From: Antechinus flavipes
Lineage: Eukaryota
Assembly: GCF_016432865.1 (NCBI RefSeq)
Contig: NC_067401.1
Location: forward strand, 88,722,001 to 88,786,000
Reading direction: 5' to 3'
DNA length: 64,000 nucleotides
How positions within the stretch are numbered: position 1 is the first letter of the stretch; each line of letters opens with the position of its first letter. Below are positions 37,981 through 51,500 of this stretch, in pieces. The position numbers were made by a program, and so were the translations under genes. Under the pieces are notes generated by a model. The model worked only from the letters and a program-made list of their open reading frames with translations. It had not been told where the DNA came from and searched no databases.

Positions 37981-40900
37981 GATGAAATTTCTTCATCCAT
38001 CTAGATTAGAGAATGGGGATACTGGAGGAAGAGAGGCAATGGTATAATAGAAATAGCACTGATTTGGGAAGCAGAAAACTTGGATTGGAATCCCACTTAT
38101 ACTACTTCTTCCCTCTGAACATTTAGGGAAATCAACCTTGATTTTCTATCCTTAGTTGTCTATTTTTGAAAGGAGGGAGTTAAATTAGATCATATCTCAG
38201 GTTACTCCTACTTCTAAATCCTATTTAAATCCAAATTTCAAATCCAATGTTGTGTTCACAAATATTATGCTTTGATCCACATTCAGGCTCCATAGTTCTC
38301 TTCCTGGATTTATTATTTTTTTCAGGGCTTGTCTATGGCTATATTGACTGTGGAATCTGTTCAATTCAATCAAATTTATCAATTATATGAAAACAATTGA
38401 CTCATTATTGGACTGAATTAAGTAAAAACTAGTTAAAATAAGTATATAGACATTTATAACTTAAAATATTAATAAATTAATTTATCTTTGTTTCTATCTT
38501 GGCACTCTTATTTGAAATAAATTCAAATTTCTTAGTGAATTAAGAAAAGACATATTTCTAATTGTGAAATAGTAAAATGAGGCTTTGATAATGGAGCAAT
38601 AGAATATACAATAAAGAAGATCCAAGCATGTTTCACTTGAGGTAATTAGAATAATTTGGCTCAGGTATGTGAATGAAGGTCCATGACAAGAAAATTGCAG
38701 GGGAACCAATGATCTTTTATCATTCAATATTCACTGCTGGATTTCATTCAATTTGGACCAAAGAGATGATGATGTTATTATACCTTAAAGATTCATTCAG
38801 AATCCTAAAATATTCCAAGTAGCATCATCAAAGAGTCAGGTATAGTTGAAATTTATGAGCTTAAAAATCAGATGGAAATAGCTACTGACATTAATAGAAA
38901 TACTGGCATTTTATATTTCCAAGAGGAAGCCTCTTAATATTTTGCATTATATTATTTACCTTGGTGCAGAGATTGCTAATGAGAGACATCTTTCATGGAG
39001 TTTGTCTTTAGAATATTACATATAATAATAGACTATATCATTAAGACCCTGGGCAGCAGAGCACATGAACTTTAGAATAAAGAATTCCTTTGAATACTGG
39101 TATATGAAATGTCTGAATCCATGTCAAGTAGTCTTTCCATTGATTGCCCCTTTACAGGTATAAATGTGTTATGGAAACCACCCTACCCCATTTTAGTCTC
39201 AATATCTTAATTAAAAAGAACACATTTTAATCAATCAAAATCCATCAGACTTTAAACTGATAAAAGTCCTTTTAAATAGAGCATTGTTACACAAGAATCA
39301 TGATTAGATAAAGAAGGAAATTTAGCTACTCTCCAAGGGCTTGTTTTTAAATTATCAAACTAGTCAGAATCAAGCTAGTTAATCATTTAAATTTGGGCTT
39401 TCCATCAAAACCCTGAGGAAAAAGAGGTTTCTATTTGGCTTTGGCCAGATATCTTTTCCATTGCACTTTGGCTGGAGAAGAACCTTGCAAACTTCAAAGG
39501 ATCTAGAGGATTTTGGATTTCTCTTATTTCCATCCTCAAAAAGTTGCCAGCAATTTCTGTATTGGCTGTTAAGGTCAGACTGGATATATATTCATGACTC
39601 CACAATGAGTTTTATTAAGAAACGTCACAATGTCTAAGTAGAACTTCTTGACCATTCCATAAAAAGAAGAAAAGTGCTCCCAGTAGATAGTACTTGTGTT
39701 ACCCTCTTTGACAAGGTATTTTTTAACTTTTAGCCTACTTTTCCTGGACCCTTTCTCCTGAGACTATATCACATAGACTTGTTGAAATATTTTATACCAA
39801 CTACTTTTATTGAATCATCTTAGTAAATATCCCTTTGCAAAAGTTACTTACGACTAAATGATTGTCAACCAGTACCTTGGTGGGAAATTATACTCAGTGG
39901 GGACTTGAAATAATGACATTGGAAAATCCCTCCTGATTCCTTTGGGGTAATTTTAGGACCTTAAAGGAGTCTGTCTTGCTATGGGAGCTCAGACTCATGT
40001 ATGGGAATGAGAGTTGAGCTAAGATCCACAGAGTTTACATGGTACAAATGTGAAATAGTCATATTGAGACTTCTTGGTCTAGTGGAAAAGAGTCCATACT
40101 TAGAATTCAGACAACACCTGGGGTTGAATGGCTCTGATACTTACTTCATGTTATATTTAGGCAAATCAATTAATTATCTAGATGTCAGCTTCATCATTTG
40201 CAAACAGCAGGGCTGGACTAGGAGATCTGTAAGATTTATACAAGCCTTAAATCCCCATATCTAGTTCTTTATCAATTTGTGGCTTATTTCCATTTTAGTT
40301 GTTCTGAACACTGATCTAAAGAATTTCTTATCTCTCCAATTCTTTTCCTATGTTTAACTACTTTTTGCTCAAAGGCATCGTGTTTCTCCAAGTAGAGCAT
40401 TTTTAGGCATGGTGCCAAATCATGCAGAAAAGACATATATTGTTGATATCATAACATTTAATTAAGTTTAAAATAAGTACAAATAAATTGAAGCACAGAC
40501 TGTCTTCAATGCTGATGATTTGTAGAAGGTGACTTTGCAATTTAATTTTTTTCTTTCCTCCCCACTTAATAGCATTTTATTTTTCCAATTATATGTAAAA
40601 ATGGTTTTTAACATTTAATTTTATAAGAACTTGATTTCCATTTTTCTTCCTTCTTGTATACTCTCCACCCTTCCCAAAATGGTAAATGATCTGATAGAGG
40701 TTTTTTTTTTTTTTTTTCCATAAGATCGAAACAAAAATTCTATTGATAAAATGAAATTATTTAATTACAAAACTGGCAATACATAATTTATTTTAAATTT
40801 ATTGTTATCCTTTGTTTTTAATCACTCTCACTTTTTTTTTTACCATATTCCTTCCTTCCCAGAAATCAATTCTTTATAGCAAAGAATAGAAAAGAAAAGA

Positions 40901-41810
40901 AAAGAAAAATCCAGATCAGCAAAACTCACCAAAATATCCAAGACTAGCTATATATGCTATTCCCCGACTTGTGCAAAAAAGGAAAGGAGATACTTTTTCA
41001 CTTTGGTCTCTTCTTCAAGTTCAGGTTTGTATTGCACAAGTAAAATAGATAAATATGAAACATTCTTCTTTTTCTTCCTAAATAAAACACTAGATATTAT
41101 CTCATATATAGAAAATGAGTATTGGAATAAATACAATTCTCCTGAAGATGAAACCAGGAAAAGACCACATAGCTGATAACCCATCAAGTAACAATCAGTC
41201 TAACCATTCTCTTCTCCAATCAGCACCTCCTAAAAAATAAAAGGTCTTTGAAACTTCCAAAAATTAGTAGTACCTTAATAAAGAACTGATCGAGATGTAC
41301 ATTTTTATCTTCTGATTTCATCATTTGCAAAAGTCGAAGGATAAGAGAAAAAAAATCTGTGACAAAGGATTGTAAATGGTAATTAGTTTGATAGTCAATA
41401 TGAACAAGTAGAAATACTAACAAGCAACTGAGGCATGTTCCTTCTCAATCTCTCTCCTTTTCCTTTCTCTTTCTTCTCCTCTTCTTCTTCCTTCTTTTCT
41501 CCTCACTTTATTTCCTACCCTCTTCTTTCCTCTTCCTCTGATCTTCTTGTCTCCTCTCTTGTATCTCCTTTTCCCCTCTCCTTCCCCTAGTCCTTCCCTT
41601 TTCCCTTTCCTTAAAAATGGTTTCCTTTAATTCTCCTATTGTACCTAAGATATTAGCCCATCTCTGTTCTTCCCTACACTATTTAACTTCTTGCAAACTA
41701 TGTCTATCTATATTAGATGCTTCCCCTTCCTCACTACATTCTTTTCAACACCTCCCAATTGGTCTTCCATAGTCACCATATTACTGAAAGTATGGAACTC
41801 CTTTCTATAG

Positions 41811-42003
41811 CAAGATTCTCAGTTTAAAGGGTTCATGAACTTATTTAAAAATCTTTTGTCAACTTTTTCAATTTAATTAGTTTCCTTTGTAACTCTACTA
41901 TGTATTTTATTTTATGCATTTAACAACATTATTTGGAGACGGAGGTCCATAGTCTTCATCAGACAACCAAAGGTATTCATGATACAAAAAGATTAAGATC
42001 TTG
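41811..42003. mobile_element. Non-autonomous hAT/Charlie-like DNA transposon (MITE)
   Basis: ~190 bp with imperfect termini CAAGATTCTCA... / ...TTAAGATCTTG and internal GGTCCATAG / TTCATGA motifs. No TSD found. Confidence 0.5.
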
Positions 42004-44622
42004 AAAGTTACATAATGAATAGCAATGGATTGATCTTTGTTCCTTCCTTATTCTCTTTGATCTCTTTGAAGTTTTTGTCACTATTTACCAGCCATGCTAT
42101 ACTAAGGCCTCTTTTCTATCAGCCACATTTTTTGTCTGTGTGTAGTTTTATTCTTTTCCAGCTTCATCAATTTCTTATCCTTTTCTAGAGACTTTATGTT
42201 GGGGCATATGATAGACTTTATTTTTTATGTCATGTTTTATGTTTATCCATATTTTTCTTCACCTATATGACCAAGTTTTTTTTTTTATTTTCTTTCCTCA
42301 AAAATTACCATACTCTTTGAGAAAAAAGAAGAAAATTAACAGTGTGATTTATTTTTCCACCAAAAGCTTACTTTTGAAGTTTTTTTGCCTGGGAAGCTGG
42401 AGATCTTTTTTAAAAAAATTATTATTCAGAGCTTCAGGATATTAATGGTCTCTGGAGTTGGTCATTTCATCTGATGATAATGTCATTTCAATTTATTCAT
42501 TGCTATTTAAAAAAAGAAAAAGAAAACTCTTAACTTTGCAGTCATCAAGAAAAGGAACACACTGCTACTTTGAAAATATTTCTTGTTGGCTTGTAGAATT
42601 CAAGGACTATTATTCATAGGAGAGAATTAATACCATTAATTTTCTGACACATCTGTTAACTTGCTTTGAAATCCTAATTTATTTTCTCTGGGTAACTTCA
42701 GAGCTCATTTTTACAAGCCTCCAATGTTGTCTGGAGTTTTGATGGAAATCCATGTTATTATAACAAATGAATTCTTGAAAATCAGATTAATATGGAACTA
42801 GACATTATGGGATGGATTTATAATATGATCATAGCTATCAGTGTCATAATCCAACCTTTGTTCCAATCCAGAGAAATATTGTAATTTAAGATAACTTCTC
42901 AGATTTTCATGATCAAAAATCTTCACAGTCTTTCCTGGTTTTCAGTAAAAAGGAATCACTTCTCCTTTGCAAAAAAAAGAAAAAAATTGGTAACATGTAA
43001 ATAGTTATCCAAATCTTTTCTAGTTCACAGTTCCTTTATACATAGTATTTCTATTAAAGGATAAGCTAATTGTGCCTTCAGTGTACCATGTTAAATGACA
43101 GATGCCTACAACTCTAACACCAGATGCTACTGCTGGGAAGAATTTGTGACCTAAATACACTTAAAGAATTTACTTTCTTCAATGCACATTCATTCACAAG
43201 AATTTATAGCTTGTTGAAGTAACTGTGATGGCTTCTGTTTGTGTTTGGTATGAAATATTTCTTTTGAGTCACACTACTTCTTATGCTATAAGTAGTTTTT
43301 GGCTAAGAATTGTATCAAATTAATGTGTTAGAGACACCTACAAATTCTAATAGAGAACATTTATAATAAGAGATACAACTTTGATTTTTAGCATATAGTT
43401 TTGTGTTAACAGCAAAAATAAATCCATAATGAACAACTTTTAAATAAATATCTTTGTGTTAAGGATGATAAATATTCACTTAATATCTTGTTAGGAATCT
43501 TTTTGTCTGAAGTATAGAATTAATGCTAATAGTGTGAGGATTAAAAAAAAGAAGGTGGATCTCATAAGAGAAATAAAAACTTTTTCAAGGTTTAAAAAAC
43601 TAAAAAATTATAATTAATTTAATAATTATCAATAAACATGACAATTTTTTATATAAAAGAGCAGAATTGTACATCTATATTGTATATTCACATTGTACAT
43701 CTATAATATATAATTTGTGTTTGTTTTTAAAGTCTAAATAAAATTAAAGCAGATCATACCAATATGTCTTTTTGTCTGTGCTCTCTTCTGAGCTTCTTTT
43801 TACTGTCTTGTGTTGACAGTTTTTTTTAAACCAAAGAAATTTTGTTTGACCAATAAGAAACTCTACATTGATTTTTCTGACCTTTTAACATCCTCATTTC
43901 GTTCCTTATTTGGATCATCAATTTTTTTCTCCCGTGGCTAAGAGAATTTTAGTAACCTTTAAGAGGGATTCTTGGAGTTCCTCCAAAATCACAGGTTATC
44001 ATGAAAATCCACAAGATGTTAAGAACCTGTCTCTCTAGGGTCATATTAGATGCTGCAAAGAACATTTTAAAACTGTCTAGACTATGGCCTTATAATTATT
44101 TAAAAGTTGAATATAATTCTCTATTGGTCCCTAAGGAAAAGGGATAGCCAACCCAAGATTCTTTGCTATATCTATTTCATACAAGTGCTTCCATCATCTA
44201 CAATGGATCTCTAAAGTATGATAATTCATTTATGGTTCTTAATACATATCAGAGTTAAGTTTACAAACTTGCTTTGTGGTCCAAAATTTCTTTAGTGGTA
44301 TGATGAATTCAGTTACTACTAGTACTAATAGAATCAATTCTTATTTTTGGCATAAAGTTTTCTTTTGTGAGCAAAAAAAAATGTAAATGGGCAACTATTA
44401 AATATCTAGTAAGTAGGGATGATGGCAATGGTGTACTGGAAGTTGTGGATGAGAGCTTTTACTAATAGACCAATTTGATCCTATTTTTCCATCCTGGTCA
44501 CTGTGTCCCTGGCATCAAAGAATGTACACTGAAGAAAGCACTCAGCCCTTCCTTCCAGATTTCCCTTCAGCTCCTTAGCAACCAGCAATGATGCTTTTTT
44601 TATGGGTGTAACTCTTAGAACT

Positions 44623-44696
44623 TACACAATGATGTTTCTTCTTCCTTAAGTAATCTTAGAACTAAGTACTTAAGGAAGAAGAAACATCATTGTGTA
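44623..44696. repeat. Perfect 30-bp inverted repeat with 14-nt spacer
   Basis: TACACAATGATGTTTCTTCTTCCTTAAGTA (44623-44652) is the exact reverse complement of 44667-44696. Confidence 0.97.
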
Positions 44697-45997
44697 GGGT
44701 ATTTTTTGTTTTGTTTTGTTTTTTGTAATTTTCTCTCAGTTTCAACTGTTAATCTGCAATGTGAAGGGTCAGGTAACATATTAAAAGGAACAAAATAAAC
44801 CATCAATTAGGATTAAGTGTAATGCCAAGTTTCAATTTGTACCCTAAATATAATGAGCAAATAACTTATGCCTTTCCAGTTGATCAACTGTGATTGAGAG
44901 GACATAGGAGTTTCCACTGAGGCCATCTCTTAAAATAGTGTTAAAAATAGATCCATCTCCTCTGTGAAGCTTTCCTCAGTTAATCACAACCCAGAGCCAT
45001 TTTCCCTGTACCCTTATGTAATTCATCACATAAATTGCCTTAAATTATTTTTCAATTGTTTCATATATCTTCTTTTTATCTCTTTAACTAGGCAGCAAAT
45101 TTTAGAGGACAAAAACTGTGTTTGTTTTTTTTTTTTTCATTCACTTGTTGAGTGACTTTTCAGTCTCAGTTGCTAACAAGTAAATGGAACTCCTATTAGT
45201 TTACTTCATATAAAAACCCTAATGCACTTATATTTATCCAGTGGGTTGTATCAGAGTTAACTGATGCACTAAAAAGAATATGTCCTATATATTTTAATGT
45301 TATGTTTTTATTATTGATCTTCTGTGGCAATTATGGTGATTGAAGGTCATATTATCAAAATTATATTAGAATTCTCAACAAACTTTTTGGATTTCAATAA
45401 ATAAGGAAGTATTTTTAGAGTGATGCCTTTAGAGTTTATGATATTTTCAGAACCCTATGAATTACTTGTATGCAGAGGAAGAGAGTATACAAGAGAGAGG
45501 GCAGTTCTGTCAATACATTTATAATCACAATGGAAAATAATATATAAACTGTGAAAAGCACAATAGAGCCTTTCAGTAGTGCCTATGCAAACAAAAAAAC
45601 ACTAAAACAGGTGATCAAATATTGATTTCCTTGCCAACAGCTTTTATTTCTTTTGATTCCTCTTCCTTTCCCTAATAAATTTTTTTTTTGTTATTATTCT
45701 ATGAAAGGAGGTGCTGGGAACATCTCTAGGAATACTCCTTAAACTTTGAACATGCTAAAGAAATATGTATGTGTTTGTGTAATTATTAACTATACTTTGA
45801 CCAATATATCTCCCCTATATAACAAATATTTTAGTGTTTTTGTGACACTTACTGCATCTATAACCTTTATTATTCTTTTTATTATTAACACTAGCTATGC
45901 CTGAGCTTATAAAAACACCAATGACCAATGATGCAAGAGATGATTAAGAATGAGAGGTAGGGTGTGGATTACCTTTGAAATTCAATTAATTATAGTG

Positions 45998-46034
<37 letters not shown>
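45998..46034. repeat. (TAGA)n tetranucleotide repeat
   Basis: Direct reading. Confidence 0.95.
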
Positions 46035-46035
<1 letters not shown>

Positions 46036-48299
46036 TCTGGTAGGGATTGTACTGGAATCCAAAGATCTGGACTCCCAAACAGGCTTTTCTGTTAATTTAC
46101 TCCTTAAGGTACCTTCTTACTAACATTTTAAATACTTCCCTTCCCTACTCCTTTAATATATTATATAATAATTGAAGGAATATTTAACTTAAATGAGAGA
46201 TACTCATAGGAAATCTCACAATTATATATAATTGTAATATATTAAAGGAAATAAACCAAATAATGTACTTTAAAGCAATTATTAAAAATAATTATAATTG
46301 AGGAAACTACATTTGTATTATTAATTTAGAGTATTATTTAGAGCAAAAGTGTTTAAAAGTGTTTCATTTTGGTAAATAATTAAGAAAATATCTGTCAGTA
46401 GAAATAGTGGAGTCCTGTTGTAAGGGAACATGAGTAATATTAATATTTATGTTATACTTATAAGATTATTTCAGACTTTCACTATAGGTAGTAGTTCTGC
46501 TCTGTCCATATTTTCTCACCATAATAACAATGATGGCTGCTGCTGCGGTTGCTGCCACTCCTCCTCTTCTTCCTCCATGTACAGATATGCCAATATAAAT
46601 ACATACATCTATGCATGCATAAAGTTTAGAGGAAAAAAAGCCTATGTACTGAAAAATTATGCTTTGAAATGGAAAGACGTGGTACACTTTAATTTTGATT
46701 TCTTCAATAGAAAAAGACAATACAAATTAATTATAGCCTTCAGATTCACAGGGAGAAATTTTTTAAATACTTCATAATGTAATTGACTTACCATATTACT
46801 GTAAACTTAGCATTTTACATCTTTAAGATTGTTGTGACAGTGTTTGTCTGGTAAGATTATATATGAAATAATTACCTTTTGAATAAGAAGGTACCATGTA
46901 AATTCAAATAGTTATCACAAATTTTGGTCCTTTATAAGGCTTTTATTTTTGCTCTTTTCTTAACCATATTTCAGGAAACAAAATAGCCTAGTGGAAAGGA
47001 TCTTGGGCCAGGAATCAGGAGATCTGAATTTGCATCTTATTTTGCCACTTACCAGTTATGGATGTGACCAGTGACAAATTCCTTACTTTTCAGAGTCTAT
47101 TTTTTCATATCTAAAATGGCAGCCGCCCATCACATGGGAAGACTAATAGAATCATGGAGGAGAATATAAAGAAAGTACTTTAAAAGCACTGTATAAATAT
47201 TAATTATTATTATAATCACACAGCAGAAGAATACATAGTATGGTACCAGTATGTGTGCTGAGACTTAGGTGGAGATTTTTTTTTATCCTGAAGTACAGTT
47301 TTTATATCATAGTTCAAAAATACTTTGACAAGCATGACATCTTACTTGGTATTGTTCTGCATGTAACTCTTTTGAAACTTTTAAAGTGTCAAATACAATC
47401 ATATATCAACTTCTCTTACCATTTAGAGCTAGGAAACTCATGTGACCTTTTGCAATTGGATTTCTGCTTTGTTCTTGTTCTTTGTTCTCATTTCATTCAT
47501 AAATCTCATTAGATATTTAACCTCAACCTTTTTTTTTTTTTTTTTTTTGAGAGACTGTGGTAAAGTGTAGTATAATTTTGTTTACCTAGTTTTCAGAAAT
47601 GCTGATTCCTGGAACTTTTCCACTGAGTTAATTGGCTTATACTGAAAATGTATTATCTTACTTCCCTTGGCTTCTTTTCTCCTCCTTCCCTCCCAATAGG
47701 ATAAATGGTCAATTTAGGGGTAGGAAAGAGGTCATTATATGCTAGTTTGCCCAGTTCCTACCAAATAATACCACCTTTTTCTAGAAGAGGTATACAGATT
47801 TTTGTGCATGCATATCATATCTAGTCCTAGCCAATATACTTATGGGAAGCTTTTTTTCTATTTACAATGAGAAAAATGTTCTTAGGAAAAGAATGGGGCT
47901 TTTGCTTAAAGTAATATTGTTATAAGACTCCAAAAATTCTGGTCCTACAGAAGTTCTTTCAGCCTCAAATAAAATGTTTTCTCACCTCCATACTACTTTA
48001 CAGACAAGCCATGTTACTCTCTCGTCAGTAAGCATCCAACAAATTGAAGACAAAGACAGAGACACATGTGGAAAATGTTGGACAAATATTCCATATAGCT
48101 TCCATATAGCTGAGAAGTTTGTAAGAGCTGTACAGTAGCATTTCCTGCTCGAGGATGGTGGTATTCATTCTTGGCTTCTGAATTGTGATTGTGAGGTCCC
48201 TTATTTGGTCATAGAAAATAGCATTATTTTGTCATTCGGGATATTTTCTTGATAAAGGTACTGGTGTGATTTGCCATTTTCATCTTTAGTATGTCCCCA

Positions 48300-48422
48300 T
48301 TTTGCAGAAACTAAGGCAAATAGGGTCACACAGCTACTTAGCATTTGAGGCCAGATTTAAACTCAGATCTTCCTCAATGACTAAAGTGCAATGCTTATCC
48401 ACTGTGTCACCTAGTTGCCCCA
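48300..48422 (-). mobile_element. tRNA-headed marsupial CORE-SINE
   Basis: Minus strand starts GGGGCAACTAGGTGACACAGTGGATAAG and has GAGTTTAAATC B box. Confidence 0.75.
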
Positions 48423-48512
48423 GTGGTAGACCCAATAAATAATTATAAATAAGCATCACTTTTGCTGTCATTTTAAACCTTAATTCTAAGAACAAAAGCC
48501 AATATTTTGGGG

Positions 48513-48523
48513 ATATATATATA

Positions 48524-48555
<32 letters not shown>
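48513..48555. repeat. (TA)n microsatellite
   Basis: Direct reading. Confidence 0.95.
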
Positions 48556-48559
<4 letters not shown>

Positions 48560-51500
48560 TTTATAAAATCTATAAAAAGAAACAAACAAATAAATATATA
48601 TATACTAAAGCATGGTGGAATGAGAATGATTTCCTTTTGGGGCTAAGCTATTCCTAATAGAAAGTTGCTTCACTGTGGCAGTAGTCTCTACTCGAGGGGG
48701 AATGTGAATTTTCTAGTCTCTTTTAATTATTACTGTGTGGACTACTCAGTGTTACAGCCCATCTAAGAAGATTTTCACTTGTATTATAATGTAGTGGCTT
48801 GATCCTCTGCCTAAACAAGCAGATAAGATAATTTGACCTCAATGAATATTAAAAATGCTCAATCTTTATATTAGTTTTACTTTCACTTGGTCTGTCTTGC
48901 TATTTCACAGAATTATATTTGAGTGGTATGATAGGGGTCTAATATGATTGAGGATCAAATCTGTGATATAGAGTATGAGATAATGACAAGTTCTTTTATT
49001 AAATCCCACCAACAAATCATGGACAAACTGGTTTTTATGCTTCTAAGCATAAAGGGGCATATAGGGGCATTAATTATACCTTGTAGTGGTAAAAAAGAAC
49101 CAATGCCTAATAAATCTTGGAGAAAAATACATGAGGAGTATCTTAATCTTTTGAGATAGGATTTTACATGAAAGGCCCCTCTTTAGTGTTAAAATATAAT
49201 TGCATTTCCTTCTTCTTTTTGATTTGCAGCTTAAGGAGATTTCAGAAATGAAAAGTCAACACTACATTTAAAAAATTTCAAATGAAATGGATCTCATATT
49301 CTTTGCTCCAGACTACTTTTAATGTGAAACATCATAGATATAAAGTTATATTTACTTAGAATCATTTCCAAAATATTTCTGATAATATAGTAGCCAGAGC
49401 TGATGATAATACTTTATATAAGGTACTGTGTAAAGAAGTTTGCTAAAAAAGTCATAAAAGGTAGAATTTTTCTCCTTATATACTATTTACAAAGCATTGT
49501 ACAAAGCACCTTGAATAATAGTGAACAGAGTTTGGACTGCAATGCAAGAGAAAAGGTTTTTGGAAGTATAATTAGCTTCATTGAGTATGATAATAGCTAA
49601 CATTTGTAAATAGGTGTTTTCATGATGTCTTTCCCATTAGACTGCAATTTCCTTGAGATCAGAAATTGTTCCCCCCCCCTTTTTTTGGATCCCCAGGACT
49701 TAGCAGAGTGCACATAGTAGGTGCTTGATAAATGTTTACTGACTAATCAACATTTGATCTTAAAATTTGCAAAACACTTTTTTTCTCATCTGATCTTCAT
49801 TAAAAAAAAAAAAGTCTAGTAAGGTACATACCAAAAGTATTATTACCCATAATTTATAGATGAAGAAACTGATGTTTATCTTTAGATATGACTATTCTAG
49901 TTTTCCAATTTTACAATTGGGAAAACTGAATCTTAGAAAGGTTAAGTGACTTCCTAAGTTATTCTAGGGTTCAAATCCTGTTCCTTTAACTTAAGTGTCC
50001 TTTCCAATAAGTCATGTTGTTTCATAGGAATGGATTCGATGGTATTCATGGTGAGAATTTCACAGTCGAAATACTATGATGAGAATAAAAATAATAAACC
50101 TTTAGGATCTTCCCCACTGACTCATGAAGAATATGAGATGATTTATGATATTGTGGTGGCTTCCTTCCAAGTATCTGGGTATTTTCACTATTACCTTCTT
50201 AACTCTTGTTTGATGTTTTATTAGCTAAAATAGTACTTTATTTTCTTTGCCTCAATTTAGAAGAGAATATTAGAATTAGGAAAGAGAACCATTGAACTGA
50301 GTTCTTTTGGGGAATATTAGCATCTCAAGCACTGATGATATTGGGGAGAAGCATGTCAAATAGAGAGTAGATAAGCAATATATAATTAATTTCAGAACTA
50401 CCTATTATAGAAAATCTTAAACATAAAAATACTATGTATGGTGAGTTCTCATTGATTGATAAGAAACCTTGCCTTTGTTGGACCTCAAGGGCTGTGGAAA
50501 ACTGAGACTAAATGGATACCCTTTTGAGTAAATTGAGCAAAAATGGGAAAAAAAAAGATTTCTATTTAACTGTAGTAAAAAAGGACAAGAAAATAAGTTT
50601 TAGGCTATCCTCTCAAAAGTGGGAGATATTTATGTTTTGGCAGCTGCATATCTTAACAATTACTAGTATTTATGAGGGGAAACTATTATATAAGGAAGGT
50701 AGGAAACTGGCAGAGGAAAGGTGGTAGTCATGGAGTACCTTTTGTGTGTTCTTGAGAAATATCATGAAATATCCTTGGGGCAATTGCCATGAGCACAAGT
50801 TTGCTTTAGGTAAAGGAGGAAGGAGTTTATTTCAGGAATCTACCATTTGGTAGATTCCTACTTCAACTAATTATTCTTGCTAATTAGGTACTAATTTTTG
50901 TTGTTTCTATGTTACTGAAGGAAAAGCAAAAGTAATGGGGAAAATGCTAGATTTGATGTGAGATGACCTTGTTACAAATCTTAATGCTACTATTTGCTAC
51001 CTGTATGACTTTAGACAATCTTTTAACTTTATTGAGTCATGGTCTCCTCATTTCTAAAATGAAGGCTTTGAATTAAATAACCGCCAAGGTTCCTTTGTAC
51101 TTTGACTCTGATTTTATTGTGATGATTTAACTGAAAGTACTGTCATTTCATTAAAATAAGGCATGCTAGATGTCCCATACCACCAATCAAATTTCTTTAT
51201 GGCACCCACAGATTTGAGTTGGTCTTGAAACAAGAACTGATTGATTTCCTCCATGGGTTTCACACTGAGTGATGAATAAAATTGTACCAACTGTTTATAT
51301 CAATGAGTAATTAATTTATCTGTGCCTTGCTGGCCAATACTGCAGAAGAAAGAGGAAATAGAAGGATGAGCAAAGACAGTGTTATATAAAGTAATACCAT
51401 TAAAATTTTCCTTTGATGTTTCATCATTTTGTGGAGTGGACCATAAGTTCTCAAAAGCTATGGCCAAGGATTAAAAGCTTGGGCAGCTTCTACCTGCCTG

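Noticed and set aside
39405-39605. Protein-like 66 aa minus ORF, and similar ORFs at 26189-26383, 48944-49159 and 57731-57994, as pseudogene fragments
   Set aside because: No recognisable homology, polyA tail or TSD. A BLASTx would be needed; without a hit these are chance ORFs.
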